From IMG/VR virus record IMGVR_UViG_3300045988_161046, positions 32,001-96,000 of that record: a DNA stretch of 64,000 bases, one strand, 5' to 3'. Position numbers and translations under genes: made by a program. Below are positions 25,904 to 34,555 of this stretch, piece after piece. This DNA is from a virus. Each line of letters begins with the position of its first letter. The first letter of the stretch is position 1. The notes below the pieces were generated by a model. It was given only the letters and a program-made list of their open reading frames with translations. It did no database searches and had not been told where the DNA came from.

Positions 25904-25997
25904 CTTTTGCCATTACAGGGCGAATCGAAACCGCACGCCTATACCCAGGGCGATGCCCTGGGCTAGGAGCTTCTGCCACTTCAGGGCGTGCAGCTTG
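25904..25997 (-). repeat. about 95-bp REP/MITE-like element, copy B (inverted relative to copy A)
   Basis: Aligned by eye to the reverse complement of 14370-14464. Confidence 0.85.
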
Positions 25998-26049
25998 AAA
26001 TAGCCAATGCTTCCATGGCGTGCGGCTTATATTCTTCCTATTCTGCCGA

Positions 26050-26808
26050 TTAATAATCATACAGCGAAAAGGCAGTGGGACCTTCCAGTTTGAAAGCGGT
26101 CTCTACATATACCAGCTGACTTATGTAGTTTCGATAAGCTTTATATTCGGTACGGCAAGCATTAGCGGCATAAGTCAAGGAGCCATGCTCATTTACGCCG
26201 CCATCCTCTATGCCGGCATTGGTTAACGCGCCTCTTACTATATCAAAGCGGTCTTCTATCATCGCATTATAGCGAGCCAAAGGTGCAAGAGTCTCCTCTA
26301 GGCTCATAGGTACCGACTGAAATACCTGGTTGCCGAGACTGATGCCGCCACCTGCTACCTTATGAAATACCTGACGATATACCTCGAATACCGGACGAAC
26401 CCTGCGGGCGATAAAAAACTCAAGGCATGGAACACTAAGCATGTAAGCATTCTGCGGGCGGCCCATCACGCTTTTACCGTCAGTTTGCGTGTCATCAGAC
26501 TTTTCCCCATTTTGGGGGAAAACTCCCGACTTTTTGCCATTTTGGGCAAAAACTCCAGACTTTTGAGCATTCTGGGAGAAAACTCCAGACTTTTGAGCAT
26601 TTGTGCTCAAAACCTGATAATCAATGTCTTTCACGAATAAATTACTCTTTGCTAATGCTCTTACAGCATCGGAGCGGAACTTAAATACCAATGGCCACAC
26701 CTCATCCAAATTCACTGGAAATTCCTCTTTGCTTCTTGAAAGGTTCAACACTTGGATAAAGTAAGCCTTTACCTCACTATCACTACTCTGTTTTGTTAGC
26801 TGAATCAT
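26050..26808 (-). CDS. DNA-binding protein of Bro-N/KilA-N antirepressor type (tentative) with internal 10-aa tandem repeats
   Basis: Trimmed to 'MIQLTKQ'; 'PVNLDEVWPLVF...DIDYQVL' and 'YMLSVPCLEFFIARRVRPVFEVYRQVF' pattern (from memory); 30-bp x 3.9 coding repeat at 26493-26610. Confidence 0.35.
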   Translation of the reverse strand: MIQLTKQSSDSEVKAYFIQVLNLSRSKEEFPVNLDEVWPLVFKFRSDAVRALAKSNLFVKDIDYQVLSTNAQKSGVFSQNAQKSGVFAQNGKKSGVFPQNGEKSDDTQTDGKSVMGRPQNAYMLSVPCLEFFIARRVRPVFEVYRQVFHKVAGGGISLGNQVFQSVPMSLEETLAPLARYNAMIEDRFDIVRGALTNAGIEDGGVNEHGSLTYAANACRTEYKAYRNYISQLVYVETAFKLEGPTAFSLYDY

Positions 26809-26836
26809 AATCTTAATCTTTTTAAAAGGTGAAACT

Positions 26837-27025
26837 TCATGCTTGCACAAAAGTGGAGCGCAAACACGCAAAAAGAATACTCAAGCCCATATTATAGGAT
26901 ATGGACTGTTCTTGACTCATGCTCCCAGTATCGGGTGGTGCAGTGGCAAGCTGCTCGATTACTGCCGTGGCTGCCTCCTGGAGGTCAGCTTTACCCATTG
27001 GTAGGGTAATGGTTGTTTCTTTCAT
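26837..27025 (-). CDS. small ORF at the head of the leftward operon
   Basis: 62 aa; follows a ~250-nt structured leader. Confidence 0.3.
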   Translation of the reverse strand: MKETTITLPMGKADLQEAATAVIEQLATAPPDTGSMSQEQSISYNMGLSILFACLRSTFVQA

Positions 27026-27274
27026 TCTACATTACTAATTTTAATCAGACATTGGTACACATATTTATATATAAAAAGAGGCAGTGTGCCCTTAACCCCT
27101 TGTCTAATGACATAAAACGCTCGAATGTAGGAAAGAGCTTGCCACGATAGCGACATTACATCGCAATCAGGGGAGTTCACACTGCCATATATGTATACGC
27201 AGCCTCTGTATCAGAGACACATCACGTGCTTCGATACTTCCCACATTTCCGAATTTTTATTTTTTTAGACGGTG

Positions 27275-27306
27275 CAAAGATAAGGAGATTTATCGAAACT
27301 ACCAAA
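27275..27306 (-). promoter_or_regulatory. canonical TTTG-N20-TATCTTTG promoter (leftward)
   Basis: Minus strand TTTGGTAGTTTCGATAAATCTCCTTATCTTTG. Confidence 0.5.
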
Positions 27307-27377
27307 CTTTTTCCAAGAAAATTCCATTTTATAAGTAATTTTTCGCCAAAAAACTTGCGTAAATCAATATTTTGTTA

Positions 27378-27385
27378 TACTTTTG
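27378..27385 (+). promoter_or_regulatory. -7 box TACTTTTG (rightward, repressor gene)
   Basis: About 32 nt upstream of the ATG at 27417. Confidence 0.45.
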
Positions 27386-27416
27386 CATCCGAACAATAAT
27401 ATATCAGATAAAGATT

Positions 27417-28082
27417 ATGAAGAAACTGGATATAAAAAGAGCCTTGCGTGAACATCACATGACGCAGGTTGAACTTTGCAAGAGAACCGGATTGCTTACT
27501 CAGAACATGAGTCCGATCATAAACGGCAATCCTACCATCTCTAAACTCTTCCAAGTAGCCGAAGGCATCGGCTGCGACATCACCGACCTCTTCTATCCCG
27601 ACCCTGCGGAAGAAGCAGAGGAGAGAGACAAGGCACTCGAAAACGCAAAGAATAGCAAGATGCCGCTGGAACTTATTCTGCGTGACCTGACAAGAAGAGC
27701 CTATCCTAGCATCACGAAAGAGGAAATGGAGGAATGGATGGATGTCATCAGAAATAAGAATATGGTTCCTTGGTTTGATATAAATCCAAGCCAAATGGGT
27801 CTGCAGAATGCGATGGATAAGCTAAGACAATTCGAAGAGGCTAGAAAGAAGCATGAGGGCGAAACTCTGAACGAAACGCTGCGGGGCGATTTGCCGGAAG
27901 GTATCATCAGCAGAGATGTGAAGTTTGTGCAGCAGGGAGCAGGGAGCGAGCCATCCTATCAGGTTCACGAAAACGGACTGGAATCAGAAAACCAGCAGCA
28001 AATAATTCAGACTTCCACCTTCTGCCCTCACTGCGGCAAGAAAGTAAGGGTAGGAGTGGTATTATTAAATGTTGAATGTTGA
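27417..28082 (+). CDS. XRE/CI-like HTH repressor candidate
   Basis: 'MTQVELCKRTGLLTQNMSPIINGNPTISKLFQVAEGIGCDITDLF'; C-terminal 'CPHCGKK'; divergent from the leftward operon. Confidence 0.6.
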   Translation: MKKLDIKRALREHHMTQVELCKRTGLLTQNMSPIINGNPTISKLFQVAEGIGCDITDLFYPDPAEEAEERDKALENAKNSKMPLELILRDLTRRAYPSITKEEMEEWMDVIRNKNMVPWFDINPSQMGLQNAMDKLRQFEEARKKHEGETLNETLRGDLPEGIISRDVKFVQQGAGSEPSYQVHENGLESENQQQIIQTSTFCPHCGKKVRVGVVLLNVEC

Positions 28083-28122
28083 GTGTTGAATGTTGAATGA
28101 TTTAAACAAAAATTAGAAGAAT

Positions 28123-28974
28123 ATGAAAAAGAATTTTTTATCTATGATGAAACGTTCCATGATGGCTATCTGCACAGTGGTGGCCATGGGAATAATTACG
28201 GCTTCGCTGGCGGCTTGCAGCAGCAGCGAGGACGAGAGCGAGAGCGAGAAGAATGCGGCTAAGGTGAAGGAATATCTTGCCGGAAATGAGTGGACCATCA
28301 ACAGCACCAGCGGTACTTATTCTTACTACAAGAACCACATGGTTTACTATGAGGGCGAAGGAAGCTGGTCATCGGGCGGTCTCTTCGGAGAGCCTAACAC
28401 AGCCTTCGGCTACTGGCAGATGGATGGCGACAGGCTTACTACCCGCTTCGAGGTAGGTACTCCCGAAAGCTTCAATATCAAGAATCTGCTGAACGAGACG
28501 ATTTCGGGCGTGCATCTGCAGGAGAGCAACAAGCTTACGGGAAGCAGGGTATCGGTAAGCATCGATATGAGACCGCTGATTGTGGGTACCTTCGCCAACG
28601 GCAATGAATGCCAGATGAGATGCGGCAATACGCTGAATGATATTTCGGATGAGACGAGCCATGATGCGGCGCTGCGGGGTACCTGGTATTGCATCGTAAC
28701 GATTACAAAGGACGGAAAGAAGAGGGGTTGCATGGGGTCCATGACGTTTAATGAGGATGGCACCATGCACATGGTGATAGAGGGTGAGAAGGACTTCACT
28801 ACCACCTATTCTACGAAGAACGGAAAGGTTACTATCAATGGTTATCTGGTAAAGGATCATGTAGCTACCTTCTATTATACGAACCTTAACGGTATAGAGA
28901 TTAAGCTGTATAGCTGCGAGAACGGCTATCTTTCGTCTATATGGTTTAAAAATAGGGAAGACGCGAAGCGATAA
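28123..28974 (+). CDS. secreted lipoprotein
   Basis: Signal + lipobox 'ITASLAACSSSED'; co-directional with the repressor. Confidence 0.6.
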   Translation: MKKNFLSMMKRSMMAICTVVAMGIITASLAACSSSEDESESEKNAAKVKEYLAGNEWTINSTSGTYSYYKNHMVYYEGEGSWSSGGLFGEPNTAFGYWQMDGDRLTTRFEVGTPESFNIKNLLNETISGVHLQESNKLTGSRVSVSIDMRPLIVGTFANGNECQMRCGNTLNDISDETSHDAALRGTWYCIVTITKDGKKRGCMGSMTFNEDGTMHMVIEGEKDFTTTYSTKNGKVTINGYLVKDHVATFYYTNLNGIEIKLYSCENGYLSSIWFKNREDAKR

Positions 28975-29135
28975 AGGTAAAAAAGTAAAAAGGTAAAAAG
29001 GTAAAAAGAGCCTAGCGGGAGATAGGGACTCCTGCTAGGCTCTTTTCTTTTAGGACCAGCGATAGAATCGCTGGGGACGGAGGCAAGGGGGTAAGGTTCT
29101 TTTTACCTTTTTACTTTTTTACCTTTTTACCTTTA
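28972..29135. repeat. large inverted pair of A-rich GGTAAAAAG repeats enclosing a terminator hairpin and hairpin-repeat copy 4
   Basis: 28972-29008 faces 29099-29135; inner hairpin GAGCCTAGC...GCTAGGCTC at 29009-29042. Confidence 0.8.
29054..29084 (+). repeat. GAACGG-hairpin repeat copy 4
   Basis: Hairpin 29056-29074, followed by GGACGGAGGC. Confidence 0.9.
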
Positions 29136-29141
29136 ATAGGG

Positions 29142-29618
29142 TTAAGCATCGCCGCCGTCACCATCGGTGGTGCCGCTGCCTTGAGTGCCGCTGCCGCTTG
29201 CACCGGGTTTAACACCTGCGCCGCCACCTGCAGAAGGAGCAGATACATCGCCCGTTATGTCGAGGTCGCCCAGCTTCACCTTCAGATCTTCGGTTACGAG
29301 AGAGCACAGATAGCTGTAAGGATTGCCTATCTTGTGCTGACCCTTGTAGGCCTTCATCACAAGCAGGTAATGCTCGCTGCCCTTAGGCTTCTCTGTAGAT
29401 GGCTTGTTAGCCTTCCACCATGCGGCGGCAAACTTGCCTTTCGATACGAAAGTCTTGCGAACGGCCTGCTGTGCCTCGGTGTTAGCGTCGGTGAACTCGT
29501 GACGCTCCAATCGGTGAGTAATGCCCGTCTGCTTGTTGACAGCGTAGATAACTCCGCTTCTTGAGCAGAGTTTGCCTGAAATGCTCTCCACATCAGGCGC
29601 AAATTTTACTTTTGCCAT
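29142..29618 (-). CDS. hypothetical protein with G/S/T-rich tail
   Basis: 158-aa ORF; last gene of the long minus-strand array. Confidence 0.5.
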   Translation of the reverse strand: MAKVKFAPDVESISGKLCSRSGVIYAVNKQTGITHRLERHEFTDANTEAQQAVRKTFVSKGKFAAAWWKANKPSTEKPKGSEHYLLVMKAYKGQHKIGNPYSYLCSLVTEDLKVKLGDLDITGDVSAPSAGGGAGVKPGASGSGTQGSGTTDGDGGDA

Positions 29619-29790
29619 AACTTTTTAAGAGTTTAAAAGTACAATAAAATAGTTTTTGAGACAGAGACGGGGTTGTTGTGGGCGAGATTTCAACAGGGCG
29701 TGAAACATTCTGCTTTCCTGCTCTATGAAAAGCCGGAAAAGAACCGGTAAGATGAGGGATGAGTTTTCTAGAAAAAGGCTCCTATCTATC

Positions 29791-29833
29791 TTTCGGTATT
29801 GTTTCGGGAATGTTTCGGGATTGTTTCGGGATT
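29791..29833 (+). repeat. tandem TGTTTCGGGA(A/T) x3 (+1 degenerate)
   Basis: Read directly. Confidence 0.85.
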
Positions 29834-30040
29834 GGTGTTCCTTCTACAAGCCAAACTTTCGTCCGGAAATCTCTCGGAATCATGCTCCGGGTTTTCTCAT
29901 AAGCAAAGATACGAAAAAGCTGCGTGAAACATCGGACAACATCTGTTTGATTCCCAACGGAAGCTGCCATTATCTGTATGATTTTTATCAAATATTTCCA
30001 GATAATTCTTACGGATATGCCCAGAAATTTACAGATAATT

Positions 30041-30084
30041 CTCTGATTTTCTCTGATTTTCTCTGATTTTCTCTGAATTTCTCT
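30041..30084 (+). repeat. tandem 10-bp CTCTGATTTT x4.4
   Basis: Read directly; 30041-50, 51-60, 61-70, 71-80 (variant). Confidence 0.9.
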
Positions 30085-30105
30085 ACATATCTCGGTTTTT
30101 CTTCG

Positions 30106-30113
30106 TATCTTTG
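30106..30113 (+). promoter_or_regulatory. -7 box TATCTTTG
   Basis: The context TTCGTATCTTTGC is duplicated at 30261-30273. Confidence 0.45.
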
Positions 30114-30119
30114 CACCCG

Positions 30120-30229
30120 AAATTCCGCTGCCCGTAAAAAAGGTGGCGGTGTTATAATCTTTATAAAAGTATTAAAAAACGATGCAGCCCTGCCGTCCGC
30201 GATGGATAGCAGGGCTTTTATCGTTTTTT
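30120..30229 (+). ncRNA. candidate ~110-nt sRNA
   Basis: Between the -7 box at 30106 and a strong terminator; internal hairpin CCGCTGCC/GGTGGCGG; no credible ORF. Confidence 0.3.
30186..30229 (+). terminator. intrinsic terminator
   Basis: AGCCCTGC...GCAGGGCT followed by TTTTATCGTTTTTT. Confidence 0.7.
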
Positions 30230-30264
30230 GGTAACAGAAACATTGCGCTTTCAGATCATTTTCG

Positions 30265-30272
30265 TATCTTTG
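30265..30272 (+). promoter_or_regulatory. -7 box TATCTTTG
   Basis: 26 nt upstream of the ATG at 30298. Confidence 0.5.
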
Positions 30273-30297
30273 CGGCAGAAAATAAAATATTAAGATT

Positions 30298-30657
30298 ATG
30301 AAAAAATTAGAACCATACGAAAATCAAATGATGTACCTGGTAGGTGGCAGTAGGTTGCCATCAACTCCTGGAGAGCGAGAGTTGGAGCACAAGTGTAATC
30401 CGCACCCTAACGACTGGATAGATGGTATCTATGATTTCAACAAACTTCCTTTCGCTGTTATAATGCAGAAAGGTCTTGTAACGCAAGCAGAGGATGAACG
30501 AAGGAAAGGTAGATATGGCTATCTTAGTGATTTAATTCCATCTTTCGGCGGCTCTGATGCTCCATATTTCTCTGACATGATATTAGAACCTATAGAGAAG
30601 TTCAATGCAACACACTTCCCTGACGGACGAGAAAAGAATAAGGCGGTCACCATGTAG
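30298..30657 (+). CDS. hypothetical protein
   Basis: 119-aa plus-strand ORF with its own promoter box. Confidence 0.5.
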   Translation: MKKLEPYENQMMYLVGGSRLPSTPGERELEHKCNPHPNDWIDGIYDFNKLPFAVIMQKGLVTQAEDERRKGRYGYLSDLIPSFGGSDAPYFSDMILEPIEKFNATHFPDGREKNKAVTM

Positions 30658-30676
30658 TGAACCGCCTTATCTGTTC

Positions 30677-31003
30677 CTATCCTTCTAGTAAATCAACTAT
30701 CTGACCATAACCACCTACAGCCATCACAGGACAGAGTATCTTCTTGATAAGAATAATGTCCTCGGCTTCGATGTCTACGTTCTCAGCATCCTTGCCTATC
30801 TTGCAAGCTACCCGATAAGCACGTAGCTTTTCTTCGCCCGATAGCTGAATACTCTGATTGTCTATCACCTCGAAGAGCACCTTTCCTACAATATCGCCCA
30901 TAATCTGTGGCTTGTAGGTTTCCTCTCCGTTCTCGTTCTTTACTGGTGATACTATCACCTCACCCTTCCAATTCTTGAAAGGTACATTGAAATTCTTTTT
31001 CAT
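30677..31003 (-). CDS. hypothetical protein
   Basis: 108-aa ORF. Confidence 0.45.
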   Translation of the reverse strand: MKKNFNVPFKNWKGEVIVSPVKNENGEETYKPQIMGDIVGKVLFEVIDNQSIQLSGEEKLRAYRVACKIGKDAENVDIEAEDIILIKKILCPVMAVGGYGQIVDLLEG

Positions 31004-31030
31004 ATTTCTTACTTTTTAATAATTATATTG

Positions 31031-32143
31031 CTATTTCCCAATAAACCAATTTACGTTCCAATTATTACCATCATATATTAATTCTGTTCTCTGGTTGTAT
31101 GCACCCGAAGTGAAGCTATTTCTAGAAACTCCGTACCAAGACATATTATTAAGTGATGATTTAATAACAAAGTTGTCACCAGCTTGTATAAACTTATAAT
31201 ATTGACCTCTCTGAGGTTTATCGGGGAGTGTTAGCGTTACGCCTCTTGTTACTATAATGAAGCAATCCATCTCAGATAATGTAATACTCTTATTGACTTT
31301 TCTTGTCACAGGACGTAATCCAGCATACATTCCTCTAGATGCGCATATTGCAAAGTTGCCTGATGGTTCATCGGAATAGCTACTTTGTTCCCTTGTTCCA
31401 CCTTCGGCATGCAATACTAAACATGCCTTAGAATCGTCTGGTCGGTACTCTCGGTCGTCTATCCTTATATCAGATATTAGATTACTAATACCATAAATTG
31501 GGGAGACACGCTTTGTAGTACCAATCCAGATAATTCTATCATTAGTTGTATGGTCAGTTGTGTGTGTGAAGAATAAACTATTCTCTGATAATTGCATTGG
31601 TTTGTGCGTGGTGTTATAACCATCGTCATATTCTAAGATTCCATTGTCTGTCAATGTGAATCTACCTATTCTTCCCATTAACGCATAGATTGCTCCATCT
31701 TGCGTCACATGGAATGGAGCATTTTTAGCATTATCCGCACCAACAAAGAGAGGAGCATAGGTAGTATCATCTACCTTGCAAGCTTCCATATTCTCGGTAT
31801 TTCCGAAATATCCCACATTGGCAGTTCCGTCCTCGGACTTCGCCCAAAGATGCTTAACCTCGATTTTATCTGCATCAATCAGGTTAGCATTGAGCTTACC
31901 ATTACTGAACATGGCAATGGTGTTATTGTTCTCATCAATAACGCTCGTCTGCTTCGCCTTGATAGCAACACTATCCGAACCGATTACAATACCAGCCGCC
32001 GTCATGTCCTTAACCAACTGAGTAAAGTTCCCGATAGGCGTACTCTCATTCGTTGCAGTAATGAGACGAACAATCTCCGTCTCACTCGCTGTTTTGGGCT
32101 TTCTGCCTACCTTTACAACACCTTGCGCACTATGTCCAGCCAT
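31031..32143 (-). CDS. tail-fibre-like protein
   Basis: 370 aa; 'NLIDADKIEVKHLWAK' fibre-shaft-like segment; located in the fibre module. Confidence 0.4.
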   Translation of the reverse strand: MAGHSAQGVVKVGRKPKTASETEIVRLITATNESTPIGNFTQLVKDMTAAGIVIGSDSVAIKAKQTSVIDENNNTIAMFSNGKLNANLIDADKIEVKHLWAKSEDGTANVGYFGNTENMEACKVDDTTYAPLFVGADNAKNAPFHVTQDGAIYALMGRIGRFTLTDNGILEYDDGYNTTHKPMQLSENSLFFTHTTDHTTNDRIIWIGTTKRVSPIYGISNLISDIRIDDREYRPDDSKACLVLHAEGGTREQSSYSDEPSGNFAICASRGMYAGLRPVTRKVNKSITLSEMDCFIIVTRGVTLTLPDKPQRGQYYKFIQAGDNFVIKSSLNNMSWYGVSRNSFTSGAYNQRTELIYDGNNWNVNWFIGK

Positions 32144-32161
32144 AGTATACCTCCTTTCTTT

Positions 32162-32581
32162 TTATACGTTAGCGTTAATTATCTCAACTGCCTTTCTAGC
32201 AATTTCCTTTGCGTGGATGCGCCACTCTTGCATCGCCTTATACTCTGCAATATACTCCTCACGCTTGCTATCATCCAAGGAAATTGATGCCACAGCACTA
32301 TTCTGAGCCAACTCGAAGTTAAGACGAATGGCATCCATCTTGTCTGAAGGGTACTTGTCTTCGATGATTGCAGACGCGATTGCATCATAGCTACGGATGC
32401 CGCCACGAAGCTCGATGTATTCGGCACTATACGCATTATCACCAACAACTACATTACCTTCACTATCATTCTTAGGCTCGGACTTCACGTAGTCGAAAGT
32501 AACACGCATCCAATCACTACTAACCTTTACTGAGACGTTCTCCTTTGGAGCTTCGCCAACCAAATCAAAATATGTTTTCAT
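32162..32581 (-). CDS. hypothetical acidic protein downstream of the DGR RT
   Basis: 139-aa ORF. Confidence 0.45.
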   Translation of the reverse strand: MKTYFDLVGEAPKENVSVKVSSDWMRVTFDYVKSEPKNDSEGNVVVGDNAYSAEYIELRGGIRSYDAIASAIIEDKYPSDKMDAIRLNFELAQNSAVASISLDDSKREEYIAEYKAMQEWRIHAKEIARKAVEIINANV

Positions 32582-32615
32582 ATCTGTCTTTATTTTTAAT
32601 GTTTAACAATCCTGT

Positions 32616-34064
32616 TTAATCCAAGTCGTAAGTAAAGTTACCACCACGAAGGAAGACTATAGATGCGAAAGTTTCCAATGGGTAGATGTTTTGTTGCCTT
32701 CCCAAATTAAGTTTTTCAATGATGCGCTTGCTTGTAGTACAGAACTTATATTTCTCACTATTAGCATCATCCTTGAAAGAAAACATCACCCAACAGCGAC
32801 CACTTTTATTTGCTATCGTCACATTATCCTCGAAATCGTGAATGATTATCGGTACATGTGTCTGTGCCAACTCTGCAAGTTTCTTCTCCAGTACGTCAAA
32901 GACACGCTTACCATCCTTATCCACATTTACTTGACTTGTAGTAATTCCATGTTCTTTAAAACTCATGTTATTTTCCTTTAATATCGTATTCCATAAATTA
33001 TTACATTTTCCCCATTTAGCTATTCCCCAATAGGAAGCATACAACTCTTTCCTTCTTTTGCGGCTCTTTACTCCATGAAAGCTTTTCACCATGTTGAGTT
33101 TGGTACGCTTACGCATTCTCATGTTTTTACGGGAAAATACATATCCCACAAAGTCGATGCTGCGACCATCTATCAGCTTACTCTCATCCATCAATGGTGC
33201 AACATAGCTACTACATTTCACTACCATTCCAATACGACTAAGAATATCATCAAAGCACCTCAATAACTCATTGGCTTCTTCCTTGGTTCTAACCATCGCA
33301 ACTATATCATCGCAATGCCTATGATAAAACTCTATGTGCAATTTCTGCTTGGCATATCTGTCAACTTCCGAAAGTACGAGATTGCCGATTATCTGCTTGA
33401 TGCAGTTACCTAGTGTTATACCTCGTTCTTCACCTACATAAGCAAGTGGAGTATTCGAAGTCCAAGGACACGTTGCACGTTTCTTGGCATCTTCTTCCAG
33501 CAACAAAGGCTCAATATCCGATTCATAGTCTAAAACCGTCTTCTCTATTAGTTCTAAGAATAGGTCATCATCAATGTACCTTCTCAACGCATTCATTACA
33601 ACCTTGTGAGGCAAAGACGGATAGAACTTCCTTATATCTAGCTTTACTACGTAATGAAGATTAGGATGCTTACGCAATAGCTGTTGGGTTCTCAAAGCTG
33701 CGAATACTTGACCCTTACCCTTTCTTCCTGCCGAAGAATCGTATATCAGAATCTTCTCAACTATAGGCTCGAACACTACCTTAATGGCATGATAGAGGAT
33801 ATTCCAAGGCATGAAGTGTTGTGGATATATCACTCTGTCCTTATCCTTTGCGTGAAGAACCCTGGGACGATAAGGCTTCGTAGGATATTCTCGCAAAATT
33901 ATCATACTTTGAATCTTTTCGAGATTTGCAGTCTCATTTTTAAGAAACTGCTTCACGTACCAAGCTTCCTTATCTTTTACCACACTTGTTGCATCATTCG
34001 CACCTTCCAATAAGGTTTCCATCTTTATCACCTTGTCAATAAGATGCCTTGCTTTCTTTGTCAT
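32616..34064 (-). CDS. DGR-type reverse transcriptase
   Basis: 'LDIRKFYPSLPH', 'GITLGNCIKQIIGNL' (DGR-like [LI]GxxxSQ-type motif), 'HRHCDDIVAM' (xxDD), 'DFVGYVF'; adjacent TR. Confidence 0.85.
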   Translation of the reverse strand: MTKKARHLIDKVIKMETLLEGANDATSVVKDKEAWYVKQFLKNETANLEKIQSMIILREYPTKPYRPRVLHAKDKDRVIYPQHFMPWNILYHAIKVVFEPIVEKILIYDSSAGRKGKGQVFAALRTQQLLRKHPNLHYVVKLDIRKFYPSLPHKVVMNALRRYIDDDLFLELIEKTVLDYESDIEPLLLEEDAKKRATCPWTSNTPLAYVGEERGITLGNCIKQIIGNLVLSEVDRYAKQKLHIEFYHRHCDDIVAMVRTKEEANELLRCFDDILSRIGMVVKCSSYVAPLMDESKLIDGRSIDFVGYVFSRKNMRMRKRTKLNMVKSFHGVKSRKRRKELYASYWGIAKWGKCNNLWNTILKENNMSFKEHGITTSQVNVDKDGKRVFDVLEKKLAELAQTHVPIIIHDFEDNVTIANKSGRCWVMFSFKDDANSEKYKFCTTSKRIIEKLNLGRQQNIYPLETFASIVFLRGGNFTYDLD

Positions 34065-34270
34065 TATTTCAAAGAGTCGCTTATTTTTCCTCGCCCTAGG
34101 CTTTTCTCCATACTGGCTGCATGGCTACATCACCTAGCTTGTCTGTAATTTAATACTGACCTTTCTGCGTATATGTTTTGGCAGTCCACTAAAGACCGCC
34201 AAGGTTCACGAAACTCAATCGAAAATGGTTTCTCTCTATAGGAGAGACTACTTTTCTGCCTTGATTGATT

Positions 34271-34389
34271 TTATAAGTTAGACGAGCCCCGTAATTCGTC
34301 CTGCGGTTATCGAAAGCGTTATTCGAATTGACGCAACCGAGACCGCTGTGCGACTGGTTGTTGGAATTGCCACCCCAGATACAGAGCTT
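34271..34389 (-). repeat. DGR template repeat (TR)
   Basis: 119 bp matching 34584-34702 except at 18 coding-strand adenines; contains 8 AAY codons in the VR frame. Confidence 0.9.
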
Positions 34390-34536
34390 ATGTTTCGTTC
34401 CACCTTTTATGCGAGTTGTTTGCGAATTTATGTGAATGTTAATAATTTAATTATTTAACTCTTATGCTCGCTCGCTACGGCTCGCTCGGTTTTTAATTGC
34501 CTTGCTTGCCATAGCTTGCTTGCGTTTTTTGGTGCT

Positions 34537-34555
34537 GCTGACCCTAAAGGTCAGC
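34537..34555 (-). promoter_or_regulatory. hairpin just 3' of VR (7-bp stem, 5-nt loop) overlapping the target stop codon
   Basis: GCTGACC-CTAAA-GGTCAGC read directly; placed like DGR homing-associated hairpins. Confidence 0.5.

Noticed and set aside
29725-30066. 113-aa plus-strand ORF
   Set aside because: It is composed largely of the tandem DNA repeats (TGTTTCGGGA, CTCTGATTTT) and has no promoter or start context.
32162-32581. Possible DGR accessory protein (Avd)
   Set aside because: It lies downstream of the RT rather than between the target and the TR. It is acidic rather than basic, and it does not resemble a four-helix-bundle Avd. I kept it as hypothetical.
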